A DNA stretch of 64,000 nucleotides from assembly GCA_001897855.1 (NCBI GenBank), contig MKUO01000018.1, positions 147,513-211,512 on the forward strand, in the 5' to 3' direction. Origin of the DNA: Bacteroidetes bacterium 43-93 (lineage in GTDB: Bacteria > Bacteroidota > Bacteroidia > Chitinophagales > Chitinophagaceae). How positions within the stretch are numbered: the first letter of the stretch is position 1; every line of letters begins with the position of its first letter. The translations under genes were made by a program, and so were the position numbers. The notes under the pieces are model-generated. The model did no database searches. It was not told where the DNA came from and was given only the letters and a program-made list of their open reading frames with translations. This document shows, one piece after another, positions 63,169-64,000 of this stretch.

Positions 63169-63996
63169 ATGAAGTTCACTCCGTTTTTATTCATCCTGCT
63201 GCTATGCTTTAAAACACAAGCGGCCGATAAATTATCGAAAGATCAGCTTGCCTATATTGCCGATAGCCTCAAGGCCGAGGGGCTGATGCTCTACAACAGC
63301 GAGCATTGCTCCTGGGTGGCCAGCGACCTGTTTATGAGCAGCTATACAGGCAGCCAGGAAGATATTGGCGGCTATTGCTCTTATATAGACGGCAGCGGCA
63401 TGAAGTGTATTTTTACCAGCAAGCCCTACCCCGATAGCGTGATAGGCACGGTTATATTTAAAGATGGTATAGACCCGGAAACAGGCATCGTAAACCTGCA
63501 GCACCGTGTATTAACAGCCACAGAACAGCAATATGTAGGTATGCGCAGAGCCGTGCAGCAGATGACCAATGCATCAGACGGATTTTTTAAATACTACGAC
63601 AATTGCAACTTCAACATAGCGCCACTGATAACGGGCGATTATCGCCGGGTATATGTGATCACCAGCACAGCAAAAGAAGGGGTAATACTGTATGGTAACG
63701 ATTACAAGATTACGCTGGATAAAGACAATAAGGTGATAGAGAAAAAAGCCCTGCACCGTACGCTGTTACCAATAGATCCTAAAGAAGATACATTAGAAAA
63801 CTATAAAGGAACGGTACATACTCATATATCTGAGTATAACCTGTTCATCACGCCTACCGATATTTGCACTTCTATGCTATACATGCCACCGGGTAGTGGT
63901 AATAGTTGTGTTACCGTTTCTAAAGATTATATCAGCATCTGGAACTGCGATGCTGCAACACTGGTAATAGTACCTAATCCGGGAAAGAAGGAGTAG
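63169..63996 (+). CDS. secreted hypothetical protein
   Basis: signal peptide MKFTPFLFILLLCFKTQA|A; start moved from 62860 to 63169. Confidence 0.7.
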   Translation: MKFTPFLFILLLCFKTQAADKLSKDQLAYIADSLKAEGLMLYNSEHCSWVASDLFMSSYTGSQEDIGGYCSYIDGSGMKCIFTSKPYPDSVIGTVIFKDGIDPETGIVNLQHRVLTATEQQYVGMRRAVQQMTNASDGFFKYYDNCNFNIAPLITGDYRRVYVITSTAKEGVILYGNDYKITLDKDNKVIEKKALHRTLLPIDPKEDTLENYKGTVHTHISEYNLFITPTDICTSMLYMPPGSGNSCVTVSKDYISIWNCDAATLVIVPNPGKKE

Positions 63997-64000
63997 CAAT

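Overview
Bacteroidota chromosome segment, probably Chitinophagales-like (inference from TAnnTTTG -7 promoter elements, type A T9SS C-terminal domains, a GLPGLI protein and Gln at +1 after signal peptides). Region 0.2-5.9 kb: housekeeping genes dinB, ahcY, dapA, accA and tRNA-Asp. Region 5.9-16.5 kb: accessory stretch behind tRNA-Asp, with three copies of the post-tRNA hairpin, a lone GIY-YIG nuclease, a decayed foreign hemN fragment, regulator/enzyme pairs and a Lol-like ABC operon. Region 16.5-44 kb: metabolic genes, tRNA-Phe, a two-component/GLPGLI/beta-barrel module and an expanded family of T9SS-secreted Ig-repeat proteins. Region 44.2-62.4 kb (minus strand): an apparently intact, translationally coupled siphovirus-like late operon (capsid-like, neck, tail tube, tape measure, tail tip, fibres, holin-like, unimolecular-spanin-like, GH19 endolysin). 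It has no terminase, portal, scaffold, sheath, integrase, repressor or replication gene. It starts from a host-type promoter with a leader of repeated GGU-triloop hairpins, and its fibre and lectin genes carry Sec signal peptides. This cluster is the best candidate for an undescribed domesticated phage-derived system (tailocin-like, GTA-like or helper-dependent). A recently truncated prophage cannot be excluded from this window alone. All family calls are from motif recognition by eye; no searches were run.
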